From the NCBI RefSeq assembly GCF_036321535.1, contig NC_087437.1, forward strand, positions 75,394,001 through 75,458,000: a stretch of 64,000 nt of DNA. The letters are read 5' to 3'. Position 1 is the first letter of the stretch, and each line of letters opens with the position of its first letter. Below are positions 26,201-38,200 of this stretch, piece after piece. The notes below the pieces were generated by a model. The model worked only from the letters and a program-made list of their open reading frames with translations. It was not told the DNA's origin and searched no databases. The DNA comes from Camelus dromedarius (taxonomy: Eukaryota). A program made the translations under genes and the position numbers.

Positions 26201-29200
26201 GAGTTGTCTTATAGAGATCTGTTTTCTTTCACCCTCAGCAAACAGGTGTGTAGTAGAGCATACTTAGGGCCACACACAGAGTAGCATTTCTCACATCTGG
26301 TCGTGTTCCTCCTGGCCCAGTTAATGGGTCATTTATTATTGGAGACAACATAAAATAAAGGTGGTTCACACAGTCATCACATCTTTGTCCAGTTTCCTCG
26401 GGGACCCAGGATTCATGACAATTTGAGCTAACTAGGACATTGTCAGTGAATCTTTAGTGGTTCCTTTATTACTTCATACAACAGATGCTTATGCATCTAG
26501 TATCTAGTGTATGGCTTTTTTAAAATTTGCATCTGCACAGGCAATTATCAGTTCAAACCCTAATTCCAACACATACTAGCTGTGTGAATTGGGACCAAGT
26601 ATTTAGCCTCTTTGACTCCATTTTCTCATTTATAAAACAGAGCCAACCTGAATTCTCAAGGAATATGGTGAGGAAAACAATGAGTGTGCCAACTTTGACT
26701 GTCAAATTAGTTTCAGAAATGAGAGCAAACATATTCAACATTCAAAACATTGGAAATTACAGACCGTCTAAAACCTGTTACACTTGTCGCCACTATAGCT
26801 TCTAGTAGCAAGTGGAGAGGGTGGGTAATTGAGTGTGCCTGGCAGTTGACATCAGTGCTGCAGCCTACATGATGCTGATGACATTGTACAAAAAGCTGAT
26901 CACTGAATCTCTGCCAGGTCTGGTTTCATAACCAGCACCAAGCCTGGGTGTGCTGTGGAACATCCGTGAGTAGAACTACATGACATTGCTTGCCAGTCTC
27001 CACATGGGTAGGGGCCGAATCTGCCTCTTCACTTGTTTGCTAATCAGCGGATAATATCCTGACCAAGTGAAAAATTATTCGGGGGTTGGGGTTTATGAGG
27101 AGAGCTTGAATGTGACCTCTAAGTAAACCTCAGTGGGGATGTTGGCCAACCTCTCTTCTAAAGTTTGCAATAATTTGAGTGTCTTAGACATTTATTAAGT
27201 GCCTGTTTTTTGTCAAGCACTTCATTTGGCCTTGTGGATAGAAGATGTAATCTAGTAGTGTTTCATAAGGAGTTTAAAATATTCATTAGTGTAAGCTTAA
27301 AGAGAACAACCTTCAACACAGCCTAGGCTCCAGCTAGAGATCACCAAAGTATTTGCTGATACAGTTTTCCAGAGGACCAAATCTGGCATCATCTTTGAAA
27401 TGTTTCTGGTCCTTGGCCATTGCTACATCATAAAAATTAGTTTAACATTGAAACTATGAGATTTACCACCAGATTTCACAGTTTTCATCATTTCCTAGGA
27501 ATGATATTGATGTGATCTTTTCTTTGTCTTCTATTTCCATAGCACTCATTCTTTGCAGAGACAAAAGCTTCACAGGGTTGTTGTTTGGATTGAGATTTAA
27601 TACAGGTAAAGAGCAAAACACAAAATCAGCTATGTAAAAATCTGGATGACAAAAATCTGGATGTGACAAAAGTCTGGATGATTAGATTAGTGACCTAAAC
27701 CAGGGAGCAGTACAAAGGCCAATGGTACATCCTTTTCTTCAAGCATGAACAACCAATTCTGAGAAGTTGGAGTTTGGGATTGAAGTGTTCACCCAGCAGG
27801 GTAATCATGAGCCTGGAGTCCTAGTGATCGGGAGGGTCCAGCTGTTTGGAAAGTTCAGATTTCTATTACTGTGCTATTGCAGCTCAGACCCATCCACTCT
27901 CTCCTATTCTTCTTGCTCAGCCTTGTGGATTTCCTTCCCTCTTCCTCCAGACCCTCCCATCTTTCCTTTCCCTTCCCTCTGAACCTACCCCCTTGTGGAT
28001 TGAGTGCCTAGCATGTGCTCGGAATAGGCACTAGGGATATAATCTGTAGTTAAATGGAATCTTTACCCTCATGATACTTATATCTAGTGAGAGAGAAAGA
28101 TGATTAATTATATGATGTAATGTCAGGGCGTGACTATATACTTCATCAGTGTTTGAGATGTTTCCTTCTTCAGAGAAACAAAGAATCCCGGAGAAGTTCC
28201 CAATGCCCAGAAAGTTGGGTTTCTTCATTAACATCTATAATCTGAAAAGTTTGGGCCTTTCTGGGTCCAAGACCCTGAGTTTATTGTGCCTATGTAGGTT
28301 AGGAGACATGGTCTCTCCGTGCTGGCTGTGGCTTTCAGGGCAGAAGAGAGCACATGGTCCTAGGAGCCACCTTCCCCTCTGTCCTCATGCAGCTAGTTCA
28401 GCATGGCCTTTATAAGTCATATTCAACCCTTCCTTCTCAATTCAAAGGCTAGTGCCGAGAAGCTCTGTGGTCTGCATGAAGAACGCTTGAATGAAGCAAA
28501 TGCAAAGCTAGAAGAAGTGACTCAGTTGGCAAATGACCTGACAGCACAGAAGACAAAGCTCCGGAGTGAGAATGGTAAGTAAACTCTCATTGCTGCCTCA
28601 CTGAGGAGGCTCAGTCGCAGCCGACACGTGGAGAGACAAACGAGCTGATGAACTCATCACTGAGCCTGAGTGGGCGCTGAAAGATTCTGGGGGAGGAATG
28701 AGGCACTGATGGACCCTTGTCCACAGACATGCCCTTGTCTGGGAAGGATCCCCTCTATACCAGTTTGGGAGGCCCTGCCTATTTGTCTCCCATAAAGGGG
28801 AAAAGTAATATGCAGTTGGCTGAAGAACTCGCAAGATCAAAGGATGGTAGGGGCTGTCCACACAGCTACAAGACATGCGTCTGTCACATCTATCTCATTG
28901 AAATAGGCATTATTTCTAATTTTCACCAATGGACCCACACCTCTTATTTATATTCAGTAAAAGCCATAGTCTGGACAATGGTCTCCCAGGGCCCCATGAT
29001 TGGGCCCCGTTATCTCTCTGACCTCTTCTTCTACTTCCCCTTCTCTCATTCTGCCTTGGTCACATGGACCTCTTTGCTGTGTTTTGAACATACCAGGCAT
29101 ATTCTCACCCTCGAGTCTTCTGCCTCCTATTTCCTCTACCTAAAATAATGCCCTATTAATTTTGTGAAGACTTGAAGATGGGGGTTAATCAAAGGGATAT

Positions 29201-32200
29201 CGGGGGGAAGTCAGGATGGGCCTTGTTGAGAAGTGCTCTCAACCAGTTTTCTCCCTGTGTTTCTGTTTTCATAGTATTTAATACCTTCAAACAAACTATC
29301 TGCTTGACCTAATAAATAAGTTTATTTGTCTTGTCTCCATCTGCCGAAGTGTAATAAGCTACACAAGGGCAAGGGTCTTTGCCTTGTTCACGTCAATCTT
29401 GAGGAACAATGCCAGCCACTTACTGGTGCTCCACAAACATGTGGTAAATAAAAGTAGAAAAATGTTCCATGGCTTCCTCTCAACTATCAACCACTATTGA
29501 TAGTGGGTTATTTTTTTCCTGTCTTTTACATGATGGCAATCTATTTAGGGTTTTTCTTTTGCAATTTGTCATGAGTTATCTTGTATCTCAGATTCTCAGT
29601 CATTTATGATGGCTGTTCCAATCCATCAAGGAGATGGACTGTGGTTGACTTCACCTTGCCCTGTAACTTGTTTCTCTGCTATGAATAGCATGTGGCTAGC
29701 TGTTTGTAATTAGAATTATTTTTTATAATGTATTTCCCAGTGATGGAATTCCTAGGCCAATGAAAATAAAGTATCTTGATACCCAGAGGCACTCACTTTG
29801 AAAAGAGAATGAAGACCATTTGAACTGCATAATCATCCTTCTGCTCATGGACACCTCTGTTTCTAGATGCTAAACCTAGAGTCAAAGCTAAATTAAAATG
29901 AACTGGTAAGACTACAAACCTGGTAATCTAAAGGGAAAGTGTTCTTTCAGGTTCTGGCAGGGACACTAAGTAGGACTCTTCTCATGCTGGTGACAGGGGT
30001 GTGACACTTGGCCTCATTACAAAATCCCCAATTTGATCTTCTGTTCCATTTAGGGTACAGTCTGCATGTGGTGCAGTCCGGATACGAGGCTGCTAAATTC
30101 GTGTATGTCTGGCCCTGCAGGAGGTGCTGTATACAATTTGTTTTGATAGGCATTGCCTACCTCCCCCTAGTTACTGGCATTAATTTTCTACTTACTTTTT
30201 TGATGAGGAAATTGGTAGGTGAGTGAAATGAAAGTGGATCTGGGATGATAATTCTGCTTAGGATGCAGGACCTTTTACTTCCTCTTTTAATTCTTAGCTT
30301 TACCTTTTAGCTTTTGTATGAATTAAATTTTAAGTATATATCTATCCAAACCTCTCCTCCTCTTACAAGGCCTATGCTCCAGACTTTTTGCTGCTTTTTT
30401 TTTGCTACTATCACCAGTTTCTTTCTCATGCCCTTTCCTGTCCACTGCTTTCAAAGGAGACTTATAGTAAATGTGATCAATTAAGCCATGTTAAGTGGGT
30501 CCTAGATCTATAAAGTATATAATATGTTAGTCTTAACCCCCCTAATACATTGATATTTTTTCAGAATACTTTTAAATATGATCTTATCCCCCAGAGCTTC
30601 TCAAATTTGGGTCCATGGAATCCCAGCAGTCACCAAGACTTTTTCAGGGGACCTCAAAGGTTAGAGCTATTTCATTATAATACTAAACCACTGTTTGCTT
30701 TTTAAATTCTTTTGCTGCTGTTATTGATGGTGCAAAAACAATGACACTTCAAAACGCGGGAGCCTTTATCACAAGCAAGGCGGTACACCGCACTGTGCTA
30801 TTAATCATTGTATTCACTGATACATACTCACAGTCACAAAGTCAGTTTTACTTAAGAATGTCCTTAATGAAACAGTAAAATTTGATTATATAACATATCA
30901 ATCCCAAGTGTATATCTTCTTAATATTCTGTGTGACAAAACAAAAAGTATGCATAAAACACTTCTGTTTCATACTGAAGTAGGATGTGTGATTGTTTAAG
31001 TTCTGAGCTGAACTAGCAGGTTTTTTTTTTTCAGGGAGCATAGTATTTACTTAAAAGAATATTTGACAAACGATGCTTATTCAGATACAGATATTTGGCA
31101 GATATTTTCTCAAAAATGAACAAAGTGAGCCTGTCACTACAAGGAAAGCAACTGACAATATTTGTTACCAATAATAAAAGTGGAGATTTTAGGTAAAAAT
31201 TAGATTTCAGAAAACACATAAATGCCATTGTGAACTTGATGGCCCTCAATTCTTGAAGGCTTTTTTTCCCTTATTATTTTTTTTTATAGAAGTATAGTTG
31301 ACATACAATATAATACTAGTTTCAGGTGTACAACCTAGTGATTCAACATTGATTTACATTACAAATTGATAACCACAATAAATCTGATAACCATCTGTCA
31401 CTATATGAAGTTATTTTGGTACCAATGACTATATTCCCTATGCTGTACATCATATCCCCCATGACTTATTTATTTTATAATTGGAAGTTTGTATCTTTTA
31501 ATCCCTTTCACCTATTTCATCTAACCCTCAACTCCTTCCCCTCTAGTGACCACTAGTTTGCTCTCTGTATGTATGAGTTTGTTTCTGTGTTGTTTTGTTT
31601 GTCTGTTTCTTTTTAGATTCCACATATAAGAGAAATCATATAGTATTTGTATTTTTCTAACTTATTTAGCATATTACCCTCTAGGTCTGTCCATGTTACT
31701 ACAAATGACATGACTTCATTATTTTTCATGACTGAATACTAGTCTATTGGATATATATATCACATCTTCTTTATTCATTCATCTATTGAAAGACACTAAG
31801 ATTGCTTCTATATATTGACTATTATAAATAATGCTGCTATGAACATAGTGGTGCACATATGTTTATGAGTTAGTGTTTTCATTTTCTTCCAGTAAATATT
31901 CAGAAGTGGAACTGATGAATATCAGTGAGAGATGGTATCTCATTGTGGTTTTAATTTGCATTTCCCTGATGATTAGTGACATTGAGCATCTTTTCATGTG
32001 CATGTCTTCTTTGGGAAAAAAAAAAGTTTATTCAAGTCTTCTGCCCAGTTTTAAATCAGATTACTTTATTGACATTGACTTGTGTGAATTCTTTGTATAT
32101 TTTAGATATTAACCACTTAGCAGATACAGCATTTGCAAATATCTTCTCCCATTCAGTAGGTTGTCTTTTCATTTTGTCAATGGTTTCTTTTGCTATGCAA

Positions 32201-35200
32201 AAGTTTTTAGTTTGATTGGGTCTCATTAGTTCATTTTTGCCTTTGTTTCCCTGGCTTGAGGAAACAGATTCCCCAAAATATTGCTGAGGCCAGTGTCAAA
32301 AAATACACAAGTCTATGTTTTCATCTAGGAGTTTTATAGTTTCGGGTCTTACATTTAAGTCTTTAGTTTATTTTGAATTTATTTTTGTGCCTGGTGTGAG
32401 AAAATAGTCCACTTTGATTTTTCTGCATTTAACTGTCCAATTTTCCCAATACCATTTATTGAAGACTGCTTCTTCCACACTGTATGTTTTTGGCTCCTCA
32501 GTTGTAAATTAATTGTCCATCTAAGCACAGGTTTATTTCTGGACTCTCTCTTCTGTTCCATTGATCTATGTTTTTGTGCCAGTATCATAAAGTTATGATT
32601 ACTCTAGCTTTGTGGTATAGTTTGAAATCAGGGAGTGTGATACTGCCAGCTTTGTTCTTTCTCATGATTGCTTTGGCTATTCTGGGTCTTCTATGGTTCC
32701 GCATAAGTTTTAGGGTTATTCTAGTTTTGTGAAAAATGCCAAAAATGTTGCATTGAATCTATAGATTGTTTTGGGTAGTAATATTTCAACAATATTTATT
32801 CTTCCAATCTATGAACACAGAATATCTTTCCATTTACTTTTATCATCTTCAGTTTCTTTCATCAATGTCTTACAGTTTTCAAGTACAGGATCTTTCACTT
32901 CCTTGGTTAAATTAAATCCAAGTATTTTATTATTTTTGATGCAGTTGTAAATTGAATTGTTTTCTTCATTTCTCTTTCTGGTAGTATGTTACTAGTGTAC
33001 AGAAATGCAGCTGATTCTGCATATTGATTTGGTATCCCACAACTTTATTGAATTCATTTATTAGTTATAATAGTTTTTTCATGGAGTCTTCAGGGTTTTC
33101 TATGTATAGTATCATATTGTCTATAAATAGTGATGAGTTTTTTCTTACTTTCCAATTTAGATGTCTTTTATCTCTTTTTCTTGTCTGATTGCTGTGGCTA
33201 GGGCTTCCAGTACTGTGTTAAATAAAAGTAGCAAGAATGGACATCCTTGCCTTGTTCCTGATCTTAAAGGATTTTCACCATTGAGTATGTTGGCTGTGGT
33301 TTTGTCATATATGGTGTTTATTATGTTCAGGTATGTTCCTTCTCTATTTTCTCTCCCTCTCCCTCTCCCTCCCTCCCTCTCTCTCTCTTTCTCTGTCTGT
33401 CTCTGTCTGTCTCTGTCTCTTCTCCTTCTAGAGCCCTATAATGCAAATGTTAGTGTGCTTGATGTTGTCCCAGAAGTCTATTAAACTAATCTTATTATTA
33501 TTTTTTTAATTCTGGTTTCTTTTTGCTGTTCTGATTGGGTGATTTTTAATACTTCATCTTCCAGATTGCAGATCTGTTCTTCCATATCCTTTAATCTGCT
33601 GTTGATTCCCTTAGTGTGTTTTCATTTCACTTATTGTATTCTTCCATTCTAACTGATTCTTTTTAAAATTTTCTATCTTTTTGTTGAAGTTCTCACTGAG
33701 TTCATCCATTCTTATCCTGAGTTTGGTAAGCATCTTTATGAGTATAACTTTGAACTCCTTTCTGGTAAATTACTTATCTCCATTTCATTTAGTTCTTTTT
33801 CTGGAGTTTTGTCTTGTTCTTTTATTTGGAAAGTATTCCTTTGCCTCCTCATTTTACCTCTTTGCTTCTATGTATTAGGTATATTAGCTATGCCTCCCAG
33901 CTATATGAAAGACATCCTAAGGGGCTCAGTGGCACAATCCCCCGTGGTCACTAGAGCTAGGTTCTCCAGGGGTTTCCCCTGTTTGAGCTGCTTGCACCTT
34001 CCTATTGTGGTTGGGCCACAATTGCTATGTGCATACTGGTGGCCCCAGGCCCAGCTGGCTGCACAGCTTGGTTGTGACTGCTGTGGGTGTGCTGTGGGTG
34101 GGGCTGACCCCCAGAGTGGGCACGTCTTTGGGGTAAGGGGCACTGGCTGAGGTGGCCCACCAGGTAGGATGGAGTGAGAGCCACTTTGGAGGGGCACTGG
34201 GGCCACTTGCCTGGTGGAGTGGGCATGGAATGACTTTTGAGGGGCCTGCTGAGGTGGGTCCTCAGGGGAATGTTGGGGTGAAGTACACTGTTTGCTAGGT
34301 TGATTGAAAGTAACAGAAGTAGTGCCCAACAGCCTTAGACTAGTTATGTGGCAGAAGAGTTAAAAATAAAAATATAGAATTGCCAGCAGGTGCTTCTGCC
34401 CCTGGAGAAAGTTTCCACCAGATTCCTGCCCCTCCAGCATATGTCCTAATATTAGGCAAAAAATCTCTTTGGATGACCCAGGTGCTTTTAAAGCTGTTGC
34501 CTCTGCTCTGGGACTTGGAGCAAGTGAGTTGGTGGACATGTCCTTCAAATGCAGTGTCTCAGCTCTCCACAGGACACTGGCTCTCCTGACCCTAAGCTCC
34601 ACTGACTTTCAAAGCCAGGCATTATGGAGGCTTATCTTCCCAGTGCAAGTACCCTGGTATGGGGAGCCTGATGTGGGGCTTGGACCCCTCACTCCCTGGT
34701 GGGTGCCTCCGTGGTTGTGATATTCCTCCTACTTACAAGTCACTGCACGGGAGATGTGGGTTCTGACTAGACCACATCCCTACCCCTCTTACCCATCCTC
34801 ATATGGCCTTTTCTTTGTAGCCTTAGTTGTAGAAAATCTGTTCTGCTAGTCTTCAGGTCATACTCGGGGATCGTTGTTCTTTATGTAGTTGTAGTTTTGG
34901 TATGTCTGTGGGAGGAGGTGAGCTCAGGGTCTTCCTCCTCCATCTTGATCTGAACCTTAAAGACTTTTCTTATGAGATAAGTGGTGATGTTAACAAATAT
35001 GATTTTTTTTATATTGTGTGATGAAATATGTTAACATTTGCAAATTATACATAATTGAGTAAATGCGTATTTTTCAAATCACGACTATGTGATGTTACAA
35101 AATCATATGTGGATAAAAGATCCATTCAAAGTTTAAGATAGATCCATGAATTTTAATGTAACAGAATAAAAATTTTCATTTATATGGTTTATATCATTAA

Positions 35201-38200
35201 CCCTTACAAAGCTTCCATTTGTTGAGTTTTGATGTAGTATCAAATAATAGTCACAATTATCCAAAAAGACTATGAAAATACATCTCCCTTTTTTCTACTA
35301 CATATCTATGAGAGGCTGGATTTTCTTCATATACTTCAACCAGAACAGTTGAATTCTTCAACCAAAAGAATTCAGATGACTTTTATTAAGCCAGAGATTT
35401 TTTAAAATGTAAAATAAGGTCATTTTTCTCATGAATATTTTGTTACTTTAGAAATAGTTCTTCCCCCTAAAATTTTTTATTTATGTTAACATATCATTAA
35501 GGTTTTTATTATTATTTTAAAATGAATAAATACATATATTAAATTTCTCTTTTAATTTCTATTATACTATGTATTAATATAAAACTTACATAAACAAAAT
35601 CTCTGTGGGGTCCCCAATAATTTTTAAGCATATAAAGAGTTTCTGAGACCAAAAAGTTTTGAGAATTCCTGTTTTAGTCCAAACAAATGCTTTCTTTTAA
35701 TTTTGAGAGTTTTAGAACTTGTTTGTAGCAAGAGGGATAGGAGTCAGAAATATTTGGGACTTTACTTTTGCACTAATAATAACTTTAATTTTGCACTAAT
35801 AAAGGTAACTGCCTTTGCTCAGGATGGGCTCTGCTTTAGAGCTACTTCTAACAACCAGCATGTTTCTGATCTATCATTAATGAAATAAGCTAAGCAGGGA
35901 GAGTAGACTACAGTGAAATAAAATGTACCCCTTTCTTGGTCACATTATCTACCACTTAATGACAATTTCTAATATTTATTTAGCAATTCAGTCTACAGAA
36001 TATATTCACCCTCATTTAATTTTCATTAACAATCTTTTATTGTTATCCATATTTTACAAATGAGGCAAAGAAACTGTAATTATCTAAAAATTATATGGCC
36101 AGAAATTGGTAAAGCCACACACACTAAACAAGGGGGCATGGCAATGAGGAACACATTCTTTAGAATTAAGAGTTTAATTTGAATCTATATTCATCAGTTA
36201 CCAGCACTGCAGGTTTGTGTCTCAATCACATTTAAGTAAGTTGCTGTGTTTTCCCTTCTGAAAAATGGGTAATATAATGTCTACATTATCAAGGAGTTAT
36301 GAGAATTAAATTAGATAATATACATAAAGTACTTACCCCATGGAAGATTCTCCATAAATGGTAGCTAATATTATCTGTTTTTTATCTATTCATATTTACT
36401 ACTACAAATCAGTTTTTTTAGGGTTCTGTGAGTTCTGAAAAGGATCGTTGCCATGATTTTGCTGATTACTGGACTCAGACTCTTTATAAATACCAAAAAT
36501 ATGTGAATCATTTTAGCTGCTCTTAAACTCAACAGGTTAAGTGGGGGAGGCAGTAGTTGAGGAAAAGGACCATAATTAACTTATTTTATGAAATCTTTCT
36601 GTAGGTGAGTTCCTGAAAAGGCTGGAAGAAAAGGAGGCTCTGATAAACCAACTTTCCAGGGAAAAGAGCACCTTCACACTGCAGATTCAGGACCTGAAAG
36701 GGCAGTTGGCAGAACAGACCAAAGTAATGCATCTATTATTTCTCACCAGGAGCTTGACTGTATGTTTGAAAAAAAAAGTAGAGCTTGTTAAGTCAGCCCG
36801 AATATCTTCTCATATAAAAGAAAAGGGGAAAGTGCCCTAGAAGTTATGGGAAGAAAGATGTGTTGGATCTTGTATGTGCCGGGAAGGACTCTGATCACTG
36901 AAGGATCATCCTCAGTAATTCCAATTGCTTCCCTAGTTTGTCTAGATTTTAGCACAAGCAAAGCATGTGTTTCCATCTTGCATTATTACTTGAACAGACA
37001 GTTGGCAAAGTTCTTTATAGATCTTTGATTCTGAATTGCATAAAGAAGTGAAATTAAATAGAAGGCCAGGACAAAACAAATGGGGATAGATTAGCTCAAT
37101 ATTACTTTTAAATTGTCAATAAATTATAGATATTAGTCATTATTAGTCACTACTTCCCAAGAGATATATAATGTAGCTAATAAGTGACCACAATGAAAGA
37201 GGTTCTTTAAGGTTGAAGGATAGTGACTAAAATGGGAGAGGGGAGGTCATTGAGTCTTCAGACTCCTGATTTTAAACATTTTATTTTATTTCCTCCACTC
37301 TTCTTATTTTGTATATACATTTTTTGGTTGTTGGTTTGTTTTGGGGGGTTTTTTTTGAGGGGGCAGTAATTAGGTTTGTTTATTTATTTATTAATAGAGG
37401 TGCTGGGGATTGAATGCAGGATCTCAAGCATGCTAAGCATGCACTCTACCACTGAGCTATACCCTCCCCTACCTGTATATACATTTAAAAATTACTACCA
37501 TGATTTGTGCATCAGACATTGATGAAACAGGTAGAATGATACCTTTTTACGTGAAGAAACCGAGGTTCTGAGAAGACAAATAACTCATCCAAGGTCATAC
37601 AGCTAATCACGGACTGCTAAGGAATTGTAGCAGGTAGCGAAATGACTTGATTTGTGTTTGAGAAGCTCTCTCTGGCTGACTTCCCAGTGGCTTCCAACTG
37701 GGGTACAAGGCCCCCTTGCTCTGGCTCCAGCCTGCTTCTGTGACCCGACCTCATACATCTGCTTCCCTCATTTACTCCCCTCTGGTCACCATGGCCTCCT
37801 CGCTGCCTCTTAAACAAGCTGCCATCATTTTTGTAGCTGCTATTCCCACTGTCTGAAAGCCCTTCCCTAAGAAAGGCCTTTGGGGGATGATGAGAAAAGA
37901 GCAAACATTCCTCATCGAGTCCATCTGTTTATTTTCTCACTGCTGTCAGCCATTTTATTCATTACTTTGTGTACATGTTTGTTTTGTGTGTCCTCTCACA
38001 ATTTTGGGCTCCTTTGGACAAAGGCTTGTCTCCATCTTATTTACTTCTTTTTATTTTTAAATGTCGGGGACAGGGGAAGGTAATTAGGTTTATTTATTTT
38101 TATTTATTTTTTAATGGAGGTACTGGGGATTGAACCCAGGATCTTGTGCATGCTAAGCACACACTCCACCACTGAGCTATAACCTCCCTCTCGTCTCATT

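Larger units (their letters stand above)
30592..35671 (+). mobile_element. Charlie1-type hAT transposon split by an L1 (halves about 30592-31264 and 34956-35671)
   Basis: Termini cagagcttctcaaa / tttgagaattcctg; Charlie transposase remnants (tatttggcagatattttctcaaaaatgaacaaagtgagcctgtcactacaagg; tatctatgagaggctggattttcttcatatac) continue across the insertion. Confidence 0.8.

Noticed and set aside
27636..27682. CRISPR-like or functional repeat array
   Set aside because: Three adjacent short copies without spacers in a mammalian intron; a slippage duplication
37395..37470. tRNA-Ala gene call (also 38115-38190 and 46200-46276)
   Set aside because: Followed by an AT-rich tail, flanked by TSDs and with degenerate stems: SINE copies, not tRNA genes
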